A stretch of DNA of 64,000 nucleotides, from assembly GCA_030141605.1 (NCBI GenBank), contig JAQGDQ010000173.1, positions 186,001-250,000 on the forward strand, read 5' to 3'. The notes under the pieces were generated by a model. The model was not told the origin of the DNA and did no database searches. It saw only the letters and a program-made list of their open reading frames with translations. This document shows, one piece after another, positions 60,364-64,000 of the stretch. Source of the stretch: Tubiluchus corallicola. Taxonomy: Eukaryota > Animalia > Priapulida. A program made the translations under genes and the position numbers. Position 1 is the first letter of the stretch. Each line of letters starts with the position of its first letter.

Positions 60364-63066
60364 TTATATTATTATTACAGTAATATTAATACACGTATTA
60401 ATTAATTATATGAAACTATAGCTCATATTTCCTTCCATTTTTTTAGCAAATTAACTTTAAATTGCTGTCTGTTTCAATAAATTCATTCTGGTTACTGCCA
60501 TAGTTAGTACTCCTACACACCCAACGTCTACACATTGTACGGATGTATCACTTTAATATACGGGTCCGGCTTGCACCCAGTTTGTCTTTATAACCAATTG
60601 TGGCTTTATACTTTCACATTATGTGCAGAAGTGAACGTAAGAACCCAAGTAATGCAGTATCTGCTTGAAATTGCCATCATGTATTCTAATTTTTATATGA
60701 CTTAAATTCCATAATGCAATTTCTTAAATTTATTTTATAAAGAAGAATATTTTCACAAAACAATTTTTAATTATTGTCAGTAGATATTCGCATAGTGATT
60801 TGAAAATATTCATTATGTGTTTAGAATTCCAAAGATATAGTGCCTATTCATTCCATACAACTTTAGTGCCTATGCCTACTTATGTCTAGAGTTACTAGTC
60901 TTTAGTCTAAGATTTTGACTTTGGCAGAAAATTAGTGGGAATGTCTTGTAGGTTTACTACTGTGCTAAATTCACCGCGTGACCTTACATTGGTAAAGTTG
61001 TTTAATGTACTGCCATGGTATAGCACAGTTCTAGATACGAGTTACTCTGTCCAGCATCCAGCAGTACAGACCTACTTACAGGAAAGTGAGAAGAAATTAT
61101 GAAGTCAGAAAGATTTTTTTACTGTGACTTGAACTCACGTCATAGATATAAGGACACTGCATTGCAATTTCTTTTTTTCTTTTATCGATGAAGCGAGCAT
61201 ACACTGCGCTGACTAAGCATTTTCTTATTGAATTCAACGAAGCCAATTTACTGTTTTGAATTAAGAGTTGAACATACAGACTGTTTTGATCTTTGTTAAA
61301 CAACATATGGACTGCTTTGATCTTTGTTAATACTTCAAGAAAATAATATGTCATACTAGTATGTGTGATATTGCCACGATGGTCCATGTTATAGTATTTG
61401 ATTGTTTAGGGCAAAATTACTCTGGTTTGTTTAACTTTGTTACTGTAATTTAAACCATGAAACCTTTCATTGACTGTTATTTGAACTATACTTATCGTTC
61501 AACATATATACATGTAAATTATAGTTATAGTACATATGGCTATTTTAGTTACATTACATGTTAGTATTGTTCCGTTGCTGACCTTTTCGTTTCGTTATTA
61601 TTTCCGGTGATTTGTTCATATCCCATAATAATTTTATTGATTGTTACATTGTATTATAGATGTGCAGGAATAGTCACAAGCTATAGTATTGTAATGATAT
61701 GATACGACTTGATTTGAGATAGTATAATATAAAATAGTCCATACATTTTGGTGCACTACAAACCAATACTTGCCACTCTGCTGTAAGGAATTTTTCAGGT
61801 GATCATCTAATTACTGATCAGGCAAGACATTAATTAACTTTGTCGCTAAGCACCGCACTGTGACTATTTAATCACTCCCTTGCCAATAATATTATAAAAA
61901 AAAACACATTGTAAATATCTATACTGCGCAAACATTGATTACGTACAATAATGTATTGACTACTTGCTAGCGGCCTATATATGTAATTATGTACGTCCAC
62001 ATTAAAGCTCGGCTTGTATAAATGTGGCATGTGCGAAACTGGCGGCTTTGTTATCAACTTATAGGTTCATAATAATTAATAAAACTCTAGTGTGCCAAAT
62101 GAACTTTTGCTTGTGCAGAAGAAAATCTATATACCCAGTTATTACTGAGAGGTTCTATATACTACTGAGTGTTGCCAAATACACTTAGGATGAGTCCTGA
62201 CACTTTTTGAGTGTGTCTGGAGAATTTCGTGGTTCCGTTATTAACGTAATTCCATTTTTACGAGTAATAGGGGCGCACAAGGGTAAGGGAAGGTATCCAT
62301 TTGCTGGAGAGGACGTTGGCGATAATTCTGTCCCAGATATGATGCAGAATGAACACTTGCAAAAAGAGATGCTGAGTGTAAGAAGGGGCAAAGAAAAAGG
62401 CACATAATCCAAAATTGTAATCCTAACTCTTATAGCTGTGAGTTGTTCTGTGTTAATGATATTTTCCAGTATTAATGTTTTAAATTTTTTGTCCTTTAAT
62501 ATTGCTCAGAACTTTGCGCTATTGTTGAATATATAATAAACAGAATTTATTATAATTTTTATTCATTCTTTTACTTTTAATGTCAAATATCATTCTCTGT
62601 GTGTAGTGTAGATGGTGAAATATTAGGAAGTCAAACGATGAGTCAAAAGTGGGCTTATTAGGAAGTAAATTATGTTTAGATTTCCATGCATTAAAATATA
62701 AACGTTTGTGGTTCTATTTCGTTATTATTTGTCGCCGAATTGCAAAATACACCCATGGCATATACACAAAATAAAAGAGTTAAAAATAGGAGAAATTAAA
62801 AAAGAAAATATGCTCACAACACCACAAATAATAAAAGATTTACAAGACAAGGATTTCACAAGTACACACCACAATTTCAATCTGCTTGTATTTAAAAAAC
62901 CTTTATGTTTAATGTAACCGACATTAACATACTACATAAAAATAGTTTATTTAAAAGGCGAAATCCATCGTAATTTTATCTGTGTGGACTTATTGAATAA
63001 ATATATATATATATATATATATATAAAGTAATGCTTTAGATAGGTAAAAGTTTCTGATACTTTAAT

Positions 63067-63830
63067 CCAGACTCAAAAAGCTGCTGTTATACTTACTGGA
63101 AACCCTCCGTGCTCTTGGATCAGCCACCAGACTCAAAAACGCTGCTGTTATACTTACTGGAAACCCTCCGTGCTCTTGGATCAGCCACCAGACTCAAAAA
63201 GCTGCTGTTATACTTACTGGAAACCCTCCATGCTCTTGGATCAGCCACCAGACTCAAAAACGCTGCTGTTATGCTTACTGGAAACCCTCCATGCTCTTGG
63301 ATCAGCCACCAGACTAAAAAAGCTGCTGTTATACTTACTGGAAACCCTCCATGCTCTTGGATTAGCCACCAGACTCAAAAACGCTGCTGTTATGCTTACT
63401 GGAAACCCTCCGTGCTCTTGGATCAGCCACCAGACTCAAAACGCTGCTGTTATACTTACTGGAAACCCTCCGTGCTCTTGGATCAGCCACCAGACTCAAA
63501 AAGCCGCTGTTATACTTACTGGAAACCCTCCATGCTCTTGGAGCAGCCACCAGACTCAAAAACGCTGCTGTTATGCTTACTGGAAACCCTCCGTGCTCTT
63601 GGATCAGCCACCAGACTCAAAAAGCTGCTGTTATACTTACTGGAAACCCTCCATGCTCTTGGATCAGCCACCAGACTCAAAAAACGCTGCTGTTATACTT
63701 ATTGGAAACCCTCAATGCTCTTGGATCAGCCACCAGACTCAAAAAGCTGCTGTTATACTTACTACAAACCCTCCGTGCTCTTGGATCAGCCACCAGACTC
63801 ATAAAACGCTGCTGTTATACTTACTGGAAA
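63067..63830. repeat. ~60-61-bp tandem repeat, about 12.5 copies
   Basis: Unit CCAGACTCAAAAAGCTGCTGTTATACTTACTGGAAACCCTCCRTGCTCTTGGATCAGCCA, with no spacers. Confidence 0.95.
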
Positions 63831-64000
63831 TGCAGTTTTGCCTGCAACTGAAAATATTGCCTATGCGTAATTTTAGTAAATTTTTCTGAATCAAAATTAA
63901 TACCTAGACCAAGTCCTATTTCAGTTAATTGCTCCATATTCATACTAGAAATCTCTTTAAGGGTATACTGCAATGGCACTTGTTCTGATGCATCTGGTAG

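Noticed and set aside
62185-62412. Possible terminal exon of a minus-strand gene extending beyond the window
   Set aside because: The composition is plausible, but there is no recognisable domain and no upstream exon is visible.
63067-63889. CRISPR-like array, or 231/239-aa repetitive proteins
   Set aside because: The units are contiguous with no unique spacers, there are no cas genes and the context is eukaryotic. The ORFs are by-products of a stop-poor tandem repeat.

Overview
This is an AT-rich, intron-containing metazoan window, probably from an invertebrate. It holds four genes that I spliced by hand from GT-AG sites and reading-frame phase. (1) A TET 5-methylcytosine dioxygenase (+, 689-16131; its 5' end lies outside the window) with a very large low-complexity insert. 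(2) A group I PAK kinase (-, 21067-32277, 11 coding exons, 468 aa). (3) A small LEM-domain plus C-terminal TM inner-nuclear-membrane protein (+, 37121-43457). (4) The main result: a 10-coding-exon gene (+, 47298-58692, 742 aa) that fuses an intact caspase (THG...QACRG, no CARD/DED prodomain) to two tandem STING/TMEM173-like cyclic-dinucleotide-binding domains with no TM segments. It is a candidate cyclic-nucleotide-gated caspase, and its putative promoter carries clustered kappaB-like sites. Introns and intergenic DNA are crowded with hAT-like and pogo/Tigger-like MITEs, Helitrons (including a head-to-tail dimer), LINE 3' fragments, a solo LTR and minisatellites. All homologies were recognised by eye from motifs; no database search was run.
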